The translations under genes were made by a program, and so were the position numbers. This document shows, piece after piece, positions 13,412-25,804 of a stretch of 64,000 nucleotides of DNA. The notes under the pieces are model-generated. The model did not search any database, was not told the DNA's origin, and saw nothing but the letters and a program-made list of their open reading frames with translations. Positions within the stretch are counted from its first letter, which is position 1. Each line of letters opens with the position of its first letter. The stretch is from Hemiscyllium ocellatum (taxonomy: Eukaryota). The stretch is from assembly GCF_020745735.1 (NCBI RefSeq), contig NC_083447.1, forward strand, positions 11,550,035 to 11,614,034. The letters run 5' to 3'.

Positions 13412-13876
13412 TAACTAAGAATCTCTCCAGTCTTACTATCTGCCATCTGAAGGACTTGCGTGTTGACACTCAACCTGCTTGGTTGCATTCTGAAAGCACC
13501 TTCCTTAGCCTGGGGTGGTATCTGAAGTTACAGATACTGACTCAGATGTTACCCATTGCAAGACAATAACCCCAAACCTCTGTTTCTGTTTTGGTAGTCT
13601 GTTTGATCTCAATTTGGCCCTATATCCCACCTTAGCTGATGAAGGCACTGAGAGCAACTATTGCAACTCGTGAGGTTTCAATGTGACATTTCAGCAAACA
13701 GTTTACAATAAAACTCACATATGCTAGATCCCAAAGCCAAGTTCGTTGTTCAACATGGATAATGATCCTTGACTACAATCTTATAGCAAGAACAGCATAA
13801 CACCAAGTAATGCCAATATTGCTTTGGAATAAAGAAAAACACTAAAAAAAATTTAGAGAATTCTTCTTTAAAGATT

Positions 13877-14035
13877 TGGAAGCACACTAGCTTTCAGAGC
13901 GACGCTCCTTCATCACCTGATGAAGGAGCGTCGCTCCGAAAGCTAGTGTGCTTCCAATTAAACCTGTTGGACTATAACCTGGTGTTGTGTGATTTTTAAC
14001 TGTGTACACCCCAGTCTAACACCAGCATCTCCAAA
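13877..14035 (+). mobile_element. Fold-back mini-insertion (family B) with intact hammerhead core and 12-bp TSD
   Basis: CAC-CTGATGA-A-GGAGC-GTC-GCTCC-GAAA-G-CTA-GTG at 13914-13948. TSD tctttaaagatt at 13865-13876 and 14036-14047. Confidence 0.85.
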
Positions 14036-15076
14036 TCTTTAAAGATTGTAATCTTTCAATTCACAGCTGTGTGATTCTTTAAAAAAATCATTCTCCGTGT
14101 GGAATGACTTTCTACAGAAAGTGATGGATGCGGGTACAGTTACAAAGACATTTGGGTAAGTCCATGAGGTAGGAAATGTTTGGAGGGATATGGGCCAAAT
14201 GCGGGCAGGTGGTGCTAGTTTAGTTTGGGAACATGGTCGGCGTGGACTAGTTGGACCAAAGGGTCTGTTTTTGTGCTGTATAACTCGATGACACTTATAG
14301 AAAGTGGGCGTCTTTCCAAAGATAATATTTATTGCCCATCCTTAATTGGTCTTGAGAAGTTGGCGATGAGTCATTTCCTTAAACTGCTGCAATCATCGAT
14401 CGTAGGAACACCCACCAGGGAGGGAGTGCCAAGATTTTGACACAATGACAGTGACGGCAATGCCGATATAGTTCAACATCAGGATTGTGTATGGCTTGGA
14501 AGGGAATGAGCAGAGAGTGGTGTTCCTCATTATCTGCTGTCCCTGTCCTTTTAGATGGTAGGGGCCACATTTACTAATTGGTCTTCGGGTAGTGGTGAGG
14601 CCCGCCTTCAATACAGGTTTGCTTGCTTGACCAATTCAATGAAGAGTCAACCACATGGTAGGTCTGGAATCAACATAAGTGAGGGAACATGAGGGTGTCA
14701 GATTTCCTTCTCTTGCGTTAGCCAACCAGATGGATTTTCTTTGACAATCAATGACATAGTCCAACAGGTTTAATCGGAAGCACACTAGTTTTCGAAGCAC
14801 CGCTCTGAAAGCTAGTGTGCTTCCAATTCAACCTGTTGGACTATAACCTGGTGTTGTGTGATTTTTAACTTTGTAAACCTCAGTCCAACACCGGCATCTC
14901 AAAATAATGACATATTCGTGATCATCAATACTAGCCTTTAATTGTGCCCTCCAAATTTATATAATTGAAACTCTTCAAAAGCTGTGGTGGGATTTGAACT
15001 AATGTTCCAACCCTCAGTCCTGGACACTTCCCCAGTTCCATATTCACAACAGTATTACATTTTCATACATGTAATT

Positions 15077-15082
15077 TTTATT
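15077..15082 (-). terminator. Probable SDHAF1 polyadenylation signal AATAAA
   Basis: tttatt on the plus strand, ~170 nt past the SDHAF1 stop, in AT-rich unique sequence. Confidence 0.55.
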
Positions 15083-15250
15083 AAAATATTAATGTAACCA
15101 TTCCAAACTAGTTCACTGCATTGTATTTACATCCTGTGACTTAACTCATTTAATTTACATCCTTGCACGGTTGTGGAAACATATTACAATAATCCAAACA
15201 TTAAGTCTTCAGGCCAGCTCTTATTGCTACCACAGCGAGTCTTTCAATTT

Positions 15251-15508
15251 TTATGGCCCAAAATTCTTTTGATTGAATCTACTGAACGCTGCCAGTTGCT
15301 TGGTGTTGGAATTCCTGAGCAGTTCTAACTGCCTCTGCCCTCTTCGTAATAAATACTCAATGTGCATAACATCAGTCCTGGGTATTTTGGAGTTCCTGCG
15401 AAATTCGCTGCAAACCAGAGGCATAAATCCCGGTTTCTCCTTGGCAGCTCGGAGAAATTGTTTGTAAAGACTTAAGACTTGTTTCTGCAGCTTGCTGTGT
15501 CTAGCCAT
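15251..15508 (-). CDS. SDHAF1: Succinate dehydrogenase assembly factor 1 (LYR-motif protein), 85 aa, single coding exon
   Basis: MARHSKLQKQVLSLYKQFLRA...EFRRNSKIPRTDVMHIEYLLRRGQRQL is colinear with vertebrate SDHAF1. gccATGG Kozak context; splice acceptor ttttactcttttaccag just upstream (exon begins 15534). Confidence 0.95.
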   Translation of the reverse strand: MARHSKLQKQVLSLYKQFLRAAKEKPGFMPLVCSEFRRNSKIPRTDVMHIEYLLRRGQRQLELLRNSNTKQLAAFSRFNQKNFGP

Positions 15509-15640
15509 GGCGTCAAAACAGCATCTGCCTGGCTCTGGTAAAAGAGTAAAATCAATGTTGTGGCACCTCCTCTATTTAACTTCCAAAATACGTCATCAAC
15601 ATCAAGCCCACACTTTCAATTGCTCTGAAGAAAGTACTGT

Positions 15641-15950
15641 TTAGATTAGATTAGATTACTAACAGTGTGGAAACAGGCCCTTCAGCCCAACAAGTCCACA
15701 CTGACCCTCCGAAAAGCAACCCACCCAGACCCTATTCCCCTACATTTACCCTTTCACCTAACACCATGAGCAATTTAGCATGGCCAATTCAACCTAACCT
15801 GCACATTTTTGGGACTGTGGGAGGAAACCGGAGCATCTGGAGGACACCCACGCAGATACGGGGAGAATGTGCAAACTCCACACAGACAGTTGCCTGAGGT
15901 GGGAATTGAACCCGGGTCTCTGGCGCCATGAGGCAGCAGTGCTAACCGTT
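15641..15950 (-). mobile_element. HE1-like V-SINE
   Basis: B box GGTTCAATTCC, V-domain and (tctaa)n tail. Confidence 0.85.
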
Positions 15951-16344
15951 TTGCCACCTTCATCGGGGCTTTTGCCTGAAACATCGATTTTCCTGCTGCT
16001 CGGATGCTGCCTGACCTGCTGTGCTTTTCCAGCACCACTCTAATCTTGACTCTAATCTCCAGCATCTGCAGTACCCACTTCCGACTATTAGATGCTTCCG
16101 TAATGGGATATTCAGTGACCCTGCCTCCTCCACTCTGGGGAAGAAGGTTCGTCAGATTTGAGAGTCTCTGAAACATTTCCCCTCATTTCAGGTTAAATAG
16201 CAGACTCCTTATTTTTAAATCGTGTCTCCCAGTTCTAATCTCTCGCACGAGCAATACATCCTCTCAGCATCCACCCCGTGAAGGCTCCTTGGGTTTTTAT
16301 TTCGTCTCTGGAAAAGAAAGGATTTGTTTTTAATTTATTCATGA

Positions 16345-17070
16345 GTGGCAGCACTGCTGCCTCACAGCGCCAAGGACCTGGGTTCGATTCCAACCTCAGG
16401 TGACTGCCTGTGTGGAGCTTGCACACTCTCCCCGTGTCTGTGTGGGTTTCCTCCGGATGGTCTGGATTCCTCCCACAATCCAAAAGATGAGGTTAGGGTG
16501 AATTGGCCATGCTAAGTTGCCCATAGTGTTCAGGGATGTGCAGGTTAGGGTGGAATGGCCATGCTAAATTACCCCATAGTGTTCAGGAATGTGTTGGTTA
16601 GGGTGGATTGGCCATGCTAAATTACCCCATAGTGTTCAGGGATGTATAGGTTAGGGTGGAATGGCCATGCTAAATTACCCCATAGTGTTCAGGGATGTGT
16701 AGGTTAGGGTGGAATGGCCATGCTAAATTACCCCATAGTGTTCAGGGATGTGTAGGTTAGGGTGAATTGGCCATGCTAAATTACCCCAGAGTGTTCAGGG
16801 ATGTGTAGGTTAGGGTGGAATGGCCATGCTAAATTACCCCAGAGTGTTCAGGAATGTGCAGGTTAGGGTGGAATGGCCATGCTAAATTACCCCAGAGTGT
16901 TCAGGGATGTGTAGGTTAGGGTGAATTGGCCATGCTAAGTTGCCCATAGTGTTCAGGGATGTGTAGGTTAGGTACATGAGTCAAAAGTACACCTCTGGGT
17001 GGGATACTCTTCGGAGGGTGATGTGGTCTTGATGGGCCAAAGGGCCTGATTCCACACTGTAGGGATTCTA
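16345..17070 (+). mobile_element. HE1-like V-SINE containing an internal tandem amplification
   Basis: Head ggcagcactgctgcctcacagcgccaaggacctgggttcgattcc, then V-domain, array and normal tail. Confidence 0.85.
16490..16972. repeat. SINE-derived minisatellite, 52-53 bp unit, ~9 copies
   Basis: Repeated 'ggttagggtggaatggccatgctaaattaccccatagtgttcagggatgtgta'. Confidence 0.9.
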
Positions 17071-18828
17071 ATTCTTAAAAATAAGCGTGCCTCATTTGTG
17101 GGAATGGGGGTGTTGCTGGCTAGGCCAGCATTTATTGCCCGTCCCTAATTGCCCCTTGAAAAGGTGGAGGTGAGCTCCCTTCTCGAACCACTGCAGACCA
17201 CCTGCTGTGGACTGACCCACAAAGACATTTGGAAGGGAATTCCAGGATTTTGAGTCAGCAACAGGGAGGGAATGTTTATCTATTTCCAAGTCCGGATTGT
17301 GAGTGGCTTGGTCGGGAAGTGGTGTTTCCCTGTATCAAGTGCCCTTCAAGCTGGGAGTGGTCATGGGTTTGGAAGATGCTGTCCGAGGATCTTTAGTGAA
17401 TTTCTGGATTGAGGGAAGATGGTGGTGGATTGGCAATGTCACTAGAGTAGAAACCTAGACTCAATATGTTAACTGTTTCCTCTCCACAGATCCTATCAGA
17501 CCTCCAGCAATTTTTGTTTTTGTTCACAATCCAGAGGTCCAGACGAATGCTCAGAGTACATAGTTTCAAATCCCACCATGGCAGCTAATGAAAATTAATA
17601 AATCTAGAGATGAAAGCTACCTTCAGTTATGAGGACTGAGGAAACTGCCTCCCCAAAATCCAGATAAAAACCCCCAGCATTCCCTCTCCCTCAATTCCAA
17701 ACCGACGAAGCTCCTGCTCCCCAGATCGGAGTCCTTTCCCCTGCTCCATTCCTTTCAGCCCCTAATAGGATCAGATGGCCCAACACATACTGTCCAATTT
17801 CTCCACCATGCCTGCCAGACCTGACATTCCCCAAACTCACCCTGACCTAAACAATCCACTTACCCAGAATTCAAGGCTGAGATAGATGGATTCTTGATTA
17901 GCTGGGGAATCAGGTGTTATGGCAGGAAAACGGACGTGAGGAATGCTGGATTAGTTATGGTTTTTATTGAATGGTGCAGCAAGGTCAGGGGTAAGCGGCC
18001 TACTCCTCTTCCCATTTCTTATGGTCTTACCCTAGCCTCCTTGCACACTAACCTCACACATAGCTCATGTTGCAACAGTCAAGGTCTGCAATGCTGGACC
18101 TTTTTTAAAAAAATCCTGAAAATATTGCTCCAGGAAACGGAGCATGGTTTGCCCACCTGACCACCCATCCCCATCCCATCTGTTCTCAAACACCTCCCTC
18201 AGACTTGTATACCCCTCACTTCCCTGATAGTTCACCCCACAACCCTTGTTCTACCAGCGCCCTGCCCTCCCCTGACTGCCCCACCCTAACCCTCTCCCAC
18301 TGACCCTCACCCCATCTCCATCCCTAACCCTGTACTCCCTCCCACTGACTGTCTCCTGACGGTCCTACACCCAAGTCTCTATCCTGCCCTCCTCCTACCG
18401 ACCCCACCCCATCCTGCACCCAACTGCTCTGCCCTGAGCATGTTTTACCTCCCCTCCCACCGAACCCCAACCCTCCCCTCCCCTGACTGCCCTGCCCACC
18501 CTACCCAAACACCCCCTCCTCCCAGCTGGCTTACTCTAACAGGCTCCTGTGTTTCACAACTGGGCCTGAACCAGAATCTCTGACCAGGGAATGTGGAGCT
18601 CTTTGGGTTTTTATTGTTTAAAAAGGAACCCTGGTTAAATATTTGCAGCACACTCTGTTTGCAGACCAGGGTTTCCAGCCTCCCTGAGCACGTTGGCCTT
18701 TCATTCCCCACAGAGACACACCCAGTGCACGATTAGCCCTTCACATGGCCCGTGAAGCCAGTGACCTACTGAGGTCCCGACGGTCAGATCCCAGCCCTCT
18801 TTTACATCCACAATGAACCAGATACCAC

Positions 18829-18860
18829 ACTTACCATTTACCTGGGAACTTCCGGTCCTC
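18829..18860 (-). promoter_or_regulatory. Probable SDHAF1 promoter / non-coding exon 1: ETS (GABPA-type) site and splice donors
   Basis: Minus strand GACCGGAAGTTCCCAG|GTAAATG|GTAAGT. CCGGAAGT at 18848-18855; donors after 18842 and 18835; lies at the edge of a CpG-rich array. Confidence 0.6.
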
Positions 18861-19650
18861 CCACCGCAGCGCCACCCGTCGCCACTGCCTGGCTGTGGTC
18901 CTCCCAGCACAGCGCCACCCGTCGCTACTGCCTGACTGTGGTCCTCCCACCGCAGCGCCACCCGTCGCCACTGCCTGACTGTGGTCCTCCCAGCACAGCG
19001 CCACCCGTCGCCAGTGCCTGACGGTGGTCCTCCCAGCACAGCGCCACCCGTCGCCACTGCCTGACTGTGGTCCTCCCACCGCAGCGCCACCCGTCGCCAC
19101 TGCCTGACTGTGGTCCTCCCAGCACAGCGCCACCCGTCGCCAGTGCCTGACGGTGGTCCTCCCAGCACAGCGCCATCCATCGCTACTGCCTCATTGTGGT
19201 TTCTCCCAGCACAGTGCCCCCATCGCCACTGCCTGACAGTGGTCCTCCCTGCGCAGCGCCCCCATCGCCACTGCCTCACTGTGGTTCCTCCCAGCCCAGT
19301 GTCCCCATCGCCACTGCCTGACGGTGATCCTCATAGCGCAGCGCCACCTATCGCTACTGCCTGACGGTGGTCCTCCTGGCACAGCGCCACCCGTCGCTAC
19401 TGCCTTACTGTGGGTCCTCCCAGCGCAGCGCCACCATCGCCACTGCCTGATAGTGGTCCTCCCAGCGCAGCGCCACCCATCGCCACTGACTGACGGTGGT
19501 CCTCCCAGCACAGTGTCCCCATCGCCACTGCCTTACTGTGGGTCCTCCCAGCGCAGCGCCACCATCTCCACTGCCTGATAGTGGTCCTCCCAGCACAGTG
19601 TCCCCATCGCCACTGACTGTGGTCCTCACAGTGCAGCCCCACCCATCACC
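18856..19650. repeat. GC-rich minisatellite, 43-bp unit, ~18 copies
   Basis: Unit gtggtcctcccagcacagcgccacccgtcgccactgcctgac(t/g); units start at 18981 and 19024, for example. Confidence 0.95.
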
Positions 19651-19659
19651 ACTTAAAAC

Positions 19660-20860
19660 ACTTCAACTGCCCTCCCACTCCGCCAGGGGCACGCAGGTCC
19701 TAGGCCTCCTCCATCGCCACACCCTAACCACCCGCCCAGGGCATCAAAGTGAAAATCGCCAGTTTCCTCATTTCCCCAGCCCACTTTATCCCAGTTCCAA
19801 CCTTCCAACACAGCACCGTCCTCTCTGAGCATCTTCCTTCCCACCTATCGCACTCTCAGCCACCTTCTCCCCAACCCTACCTTCACCCCCACCCCCTCCC
19901 ATTTATCACTCCACCCACTTGGCCCACAAGCCTCATTCCTGCTGAAGGGCTCTTGCTTGAAATGTCGATTCTCCTGCTCCTCAGATGTTGCCTGACCTGC
20001 TGTGGTTTTTCCACTGCCACTAACTGCTGTCTCCCCAGCGCAGTACCACCCATCATCCCGGACTGTGAGAAGGTGGAGATCAGAGTCAAAGCACAGCAGG
20101 TCAGACAGCATTGGAGGAGCGAGAGAGTCGACGTTTCAAGCTGATGCTCTTCATCAGGAATACTGAGATAAATCAGCAGGGTGGGGCTGGGGAAAGATAG
20201 TTAGGAATGTGATAGGTAGATGGAGGTGGGGCTAATGGTGATAGATCAGAGCAGAGGGTGGAGCAGATAGGTGGGAAGTGCTCAGTTGGATCTGGGATAA
20301 GGTCAGGGGAGGGGAGATGAGGAAACTGGTTAAAATGACATTGATTCCGTGTGGTTGGAGAGTCCTGAGGCAGAAGATGAGATGTTCCTCCTCCAGACGT
20401 CGGGTGTCTAGGATTTAGCGGTGGAAAAGGTCAATTGCATGTACTGCATGGAGTGGGAGGGGCAAGTTAAGTGGTCAGTCACAGAGCGAGTTGGTGTCCT
20501 GTCTTCGTGATGTGGAGGAGACCACATCGAAAGCAACGGCCACAACTGATGAGGCGTTTGGATGTGCAGGAAAAGCTCTGCTGGGTATGGAAGGATCGGT
20601 TGGGGCCTCAGACAGAGGTTGGGGGGGGGGGTGGGGAGAGAAGGTATGGGTGCAGGTTCTACACCTCTTGCAGTGGCTAGGGAAGTTGGCGGGGGTGGAG
20701 GGTGGGTTGCACTGCACCACCCTCTGCCATTTCCAACACCGAGTCAGACCCAAGCACCGGAAATACATTTCCCTCCCCACCCCTTTCAACATTCTGCAGA
20801 CAATTCCCTCTGTGATGCCCTTGTTAGGTCCACACCACCACCACTCCCTTCTCCGCGCCT
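19660..20860. mobile_element. Two opposed, degraded Penelope-like element fragments
   Basis: Plus: QVLGLLHR.. and a decayed pLTR (cctgctgaagggctcttgcttgaaatgtcg). Minus: FPSHCKRCRTC and TCTSKRLISCGRCFRCGLLHITKTG (decayed Zn-knuckle/GIY-YIG). Confidence 0.75.
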
Positions 20861-21817
20861 GGCTATCACCTCTCCCCCTACCCATATCCACCCCATGTTA
20901 TGCTGAGCAAATAAATAAATTTTTCCCTATACTTCAGTAGCCAATTTACCAAAAGGTTAGATTATGGAGAGGCAGTGCTTTATAGTTTCCTACTATTTGG
21001 GTACTGACAGCAAGTACAATTTAGAATAGTGACATTAGTCATTTCACAGCAAACTAGGATTAAACTTGCAAACCCCTGGTTAAAATTTAGCTTTTTTGTG
21101 ATTTTAAAGTCAGAGATGAATCTCAAGAGTCATTGAGCTTCACCCATCACACTCTGGAATTCAGGGAATGTGCCACTAAACTCTAGACATTAGCACTTTA
21201 AAGGCATTCTTGACTCAAATACATTTGGTATTTTATTTCAATTTCAGCTAACTAGCAACTGTGTACTACAGCTATCCAGTATTTCAACAATGGGCTTACT
21301 TCAGGCTCGGAAGAAGAATCAGCTCGACTTGAAATATTAGCTTGCTTTCTCTGCAGGGATCTCCAGCATTTTTTGTTTCCAGGACAGATTCCAGCCTCTG
21401 CAGTAATTTGCTCTTATAACAAACCTCTCATACCCTTTAATTCTCAGGAGTCTTAACATTCTTGTTCTTCCAATATTTCACCATTTAGCATATTCAAGGA
21501 TGGAAAGAAAGAATTAACATTTCAGGTCCATGATCTGCCGAAAAAGTCAATGGCCTCCACATCATCTCTCTCAACAGACACTGCTCGAGGCCTTCATGAG
21601 GCTGGGGTGGAGAGATGATTTGGACTCAGAGTGGATCAAAAACCAAACTAGATGCATTACATACTTCAATGAGTAACTCACTCCCGATTCCCCAAAACCT
21701 GTCCATCATCTGCAGAGCACAAATCAGGAGTGTGATGGAATACTCACCTATTTCGATGAATACAGCTCCAAAAACACTCACCATCCTTGACACCATCCTT
21801 GACACCATCCTTGCCAG

Positions 21818-22009
21818 GGTAAAAAATGAGGTCTGCAGATGCTGGAGATCATAGCTGAAAATGTGTTGCTGGTTAAAGCACAGCAGGTTAGGCAGCATCC
21901 AAGGAATAGGAAATTCGACGTTTCGGAAGGGCTTATGCCCGAAACGTCAAATTTCCTATTCCTTGGATGCTGCCTAACCTGCTGTGCTTTAACCAGCAAC
22001 ACATTTTCA
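21818..22009. mobile_element. Fold-back Penelope-pLTR mini-insertion (family A), hammerhead 5' core missing, 14-bp TSD
   Basis: Inverted arms centred near 21925. TSD accatccttgccag at 21804-21817 and 22010-22023. Inserted in an older LINE 3' fragment. Confidence 0.85.
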
Positions 22010-23977
22010 ACCATCCTTGCCAGCCCAGTTGACTGGCACCATATCCAAAAAACATTCACTCCCTCCACCATTAATGCCCATTGGCACTTGTGTGCAATAT
22101 CTACAAGGTGCGCTGTAGAAATTTCAAGGATCCTTAGACAGCACCTTGCAAACCCATGACCACTTCCATCTAGAAGAACAAGAGCAGCAGATAAGTGGGA
22201 ACACTGCCAACTTCAAGTCACTCACCATCCTGACTTGGAAATATATTACCATTCCTTGAGTGTCATTGTGTCAAAGGCCTGGAATTCCCACCTTAATGGT
22301 ATAATAGGACAACCCGCAGCACATGGTCTGCAGGGGTTCAAGAAAACAGTCAAGGCGAGTTAGGGACAGGCAATAAATGTTGGCCAGCCAGTGATGCCCA
22401 CATTCCACAAATGAATGAAAAAAAACACTATCACCTCGAGAGACAAGGGCAGCAGAGGAATGAATACATTACTATTGCAAGTTCCCCTCCCTGCTATACT
22501 CTGCACAATACTGATGACCATCCCCAATTAGAACTACAATCACTCCTTTATGTGTCAATTTCCAGGATAACTCCATCCTAACCATGCTGTAGTCTTAAAC
22601 TGCTGCGGTAATGTGGGATCAGCACACAATACAGCAAACTGGAGAACATGGTTCAATATGGCTAAATGCCAAAGTAATTCATTTTGGATCAAAAAAAAGA
22701 CAAACTGCATATTTTATTACCTTTTCATGATTATGAACAGGAGGAACAAAATAATTTATGGGGTTTAGGCACATAAGTCAATCACAAAGTCTAATGGGTT
22801 GTTATTCCTAGTCTTCAGTGTGTTGGAGTAGAAAGACAAGGAGATGCTTCAGTTATTATACAGAGCCTTTCATTAGAAGTACCAAGTTAAACTTTTTTCT
22901 AAGCTGATACAGAAGTTGAAGCAGATACAGTGCTTCATGCAGAAACAGATGTGGGGGCAAAGTTATGATGACTGATTGCATAAACATGGCTTGTATTCCT
23001 TGAGATTAGAAGGTTGAGATTAAGTCAGACATAGTTGAAACACATTAAGAAATAAGTTATATACCAAGAAATGGAAAAAGGGATCACAATCTTACAATGA
23101 AAGCAAGGCTAGAAATAAAAGCTGGAAAGACTCTTTCCACTTAAGGACTACAGGAAAACCAATTGCTCTCTCATCTTCTAAAGTCCATGAATGCTGTAAC
23201 TAATTTTCAAAATAGATCAATTAACCTAATAAAAATGTATTTATCAAGGGATATAGAAACTGGAACAAAAAAAAAGGGTAAATGGAACAAAGGCCTAGAT
23301 TAGGCATAGTCTAACTGAATGGAAGAGATTTAAAGGGGCTGGTGATATCCTCTCATTCATATTTCTCTTCATTCATCCCACTACAGTGGGAGTTGTCAAC
23401 CTCACTATCCCCCTACCCTGTGAAACCTGTTAGCTTTAACCGTTGTACTTTTCCCAACACAGTACCTTCATCACATTACACACAAGCACAGAGTTATGTT
23501 CCATCCCTAGTTGAAGCTGGCTTTGCCTGCCTGCCTGCTCCTTTGAAGTCACTGCTGACCGCTATCTCGATCCTCTAGAAAACAAAGTGCGACTTCCTGC
23601 AGACATCAATTAATCCAGTGTGTTCCTCTCAGAAACAGCAAGCATATTGTGTCGCAACCTATAACACACACCATGTGATGGAAAGAATTCTGGAACTTCT
23701 ATCATGACTATCTGTAGATTCAGATTACAATACGCGTACAAAAGTTCAAGTTGTTATGGCAACATGGACTCTGAATGAACTGTAACATAGCATTACCAAA
23801 ATAGTATTACTATAGAAGACAATATAATGGTTTTTACTGTCAAGTCTCCATACACTGGACAGGTAATAAGTAGTAAATGGTCCAAATAAAGGTTAAGTCA
23901 GTGTTCTTTGCACATTAATCAGTCTTGTAGAAATACCACCTTTACCTTCCCACCCACTATGTTAATTATAAACAGGT

Positions 23978-23983
23978 TTTATT
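23978..23983 (-). terminator. Candidate TBCB polyadenylation signal (alternative at 24124-24129)
   Basis: AATAAA on the minus strand at the end of ~1.4 kb of repeat-free AT-rich sequence after the TBCB stop. Confidence 0.45.
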
Positions 23984-25426
23984 GTTAATGAAATCAAATA
24001 ATTAGAGGAAGGTTCTGATGCATGTTTTGCTGTCCAAATCAGTTATAAATACAGTTTACATAACAATGGCTAATTCAAAAATTGATCAGAATACAATGTA
24101 AAGCTTCCACTAGGTAAGGATGCTTTATTTCTCCACTATCTTTTACATCTCACCACAAAAAACACAGGTGTTTTTGTCCCAAAACTTTACTGCAGGGGCA
24201 ATCTTGTGCAGTCAACTGTCAAACACATCTTGGTGATCAAGTAATTGATTTCCAACAGATGTTTTTTCTTTTAAAACAGTTATACCAGAAAAAAAGAGAG
24301 ATAAGTAAACGGTACTATACTTCAAAATGTTAATTTCTCACTGGATTTGAAGGATAATCAAAGAGAATGTCCAGTAGTACAAGTTAAGGCAGAAACAGAA
24401 ATGTTGTTTTCATTCAACACAAAAAAGGTTAGGCGCACACCCTCCTTATAAAGCAACATTTCAGTGACATAGGAGTAAATCATTGTCCCATCCTTTTAAA
24501 GAGAAGGATGGAGAGTTTGGCAAGATAATGTAAACTTTACAATCTCAATTAAGTGTTATGAACTCACAAGAAAAGAATAAAAGGAAACATTAGTTAAAAA
24601 ATAAGACATGTTTACCATCCAATGTCTTACTCAGCTGATGTGACAGTCTTGTGCATAAAATAACTTAGGTCCGTACAGAATCAAGGCAGTATTGATGCAA
24701 GATTTAAAGCCTTTGTTTGCAGAAGTTGCATCAACAGGTGTCTTAGAATAAATTAAAATGATTTAAGAACTGTTGTTGTGACCTTCGATCACAGGAAACA
24801 AGTGATATACAATCTGCTACTTTAAAGTGGTATTCACCAATGTAGCTGGCAATATTATCTAAAGTTACTATTGTGGCAATCAGCAGCAGATCATTAATTT
24901 CAACTTTTGATCTTTGCCCTAGTGAGAAAAATACGCAAGTATAAATGACACAATTTAAAAAGGGATCAAATGTTCTTTCACAAATATGCCTAAATAAGCT
25001 GTGATGGGCATTATGGAAGAATGTCCAGGTCTGGTGTTATACGATATCAATTACCATGGCTTACATTAGGACTAGCAATTTTTCACGCAAGTGTTTACTC
25101 AGAAATCCCAACAGTGACATGGGCAGTGACTAGTTGTCAAACTAGTGTATGTTGCAAACTCAGCAAATTTACAAGTAACTAGTGTCAGCTAGTAAATTAG
25201 AAATCTTAATCTTGCTAATAAGTGTAATGGTCATCTCTATTTCACCATGAGCCAAAACTCTATCTGTAGAGCATGTAAACAAGATAACATCAAAGTCCCA
25301 ACGTATTCAGGAATTCCAAGCACCTGAAATGTGGCTGCAAGGAATAATCAATGTAGTCAGCATTATAAGGACAAAAGTCCACAGATAGTGTGTCAATGCT
25401 TCAAAGCTGTAGGCAATTAGCAGTAT

Positions 25427-25544
25427 TCACATTTCGTCATTTAAACCATAGTCCTCCTCCGGATAATCTCCCACTGTTACAGATTGTGGCTTCACAAATG
25501 CACCATATTTGTACTGACACTGAAAATATCTCTTCCCATTCACA
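25427..25544 (-). CDS. TBCB: Tubulin-folding cofactor B, exon 6 (CAP-Gly end, stop)
   Basis: (S)[38 protein letters not shown]; acceptor tttcttttgcag. Confidence 0.95.
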
Positions 25545-25731
25545 CTGCAAAAGAAACAAAAAAGGAATTAATGCTGACTACTCAAGTTCTGTACTAACAA
25601 ACAACAAAAAGCAATTACGTAAACAGCAGGATACTCATGCACAGCAGTGGCAATTTTACATTCAAAAAGGCTATTGACTTATTCTGAAATAACAATCACT
25701 GGTAGCAATTGAATGTCAAAGCATACTTTAC

Positions 25732-25804
25732 CTGCCATCATGTTTCCCTAAAGGTTCATCATATTTCAGTCCAATCCAATATCCTGGTTTAAAATCTGTT
25801 TGAC
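25732..25804 (-). CDS. TBCB: TBCB exon 5 (73 nt)
   Basis: (G)[23 protein letters not shown](S), the CAP-Gly signature; AG/GT boundaries with consistent phases. Confidence 0.95.

Noticed and set aside
18701-19642. Repetitive ORFs, and the regular 43-bp array as a possible CRISPR
   Set aside because: Units are contiguous with no unique spacers, there are no cas genes, and the context is eukaryotic.
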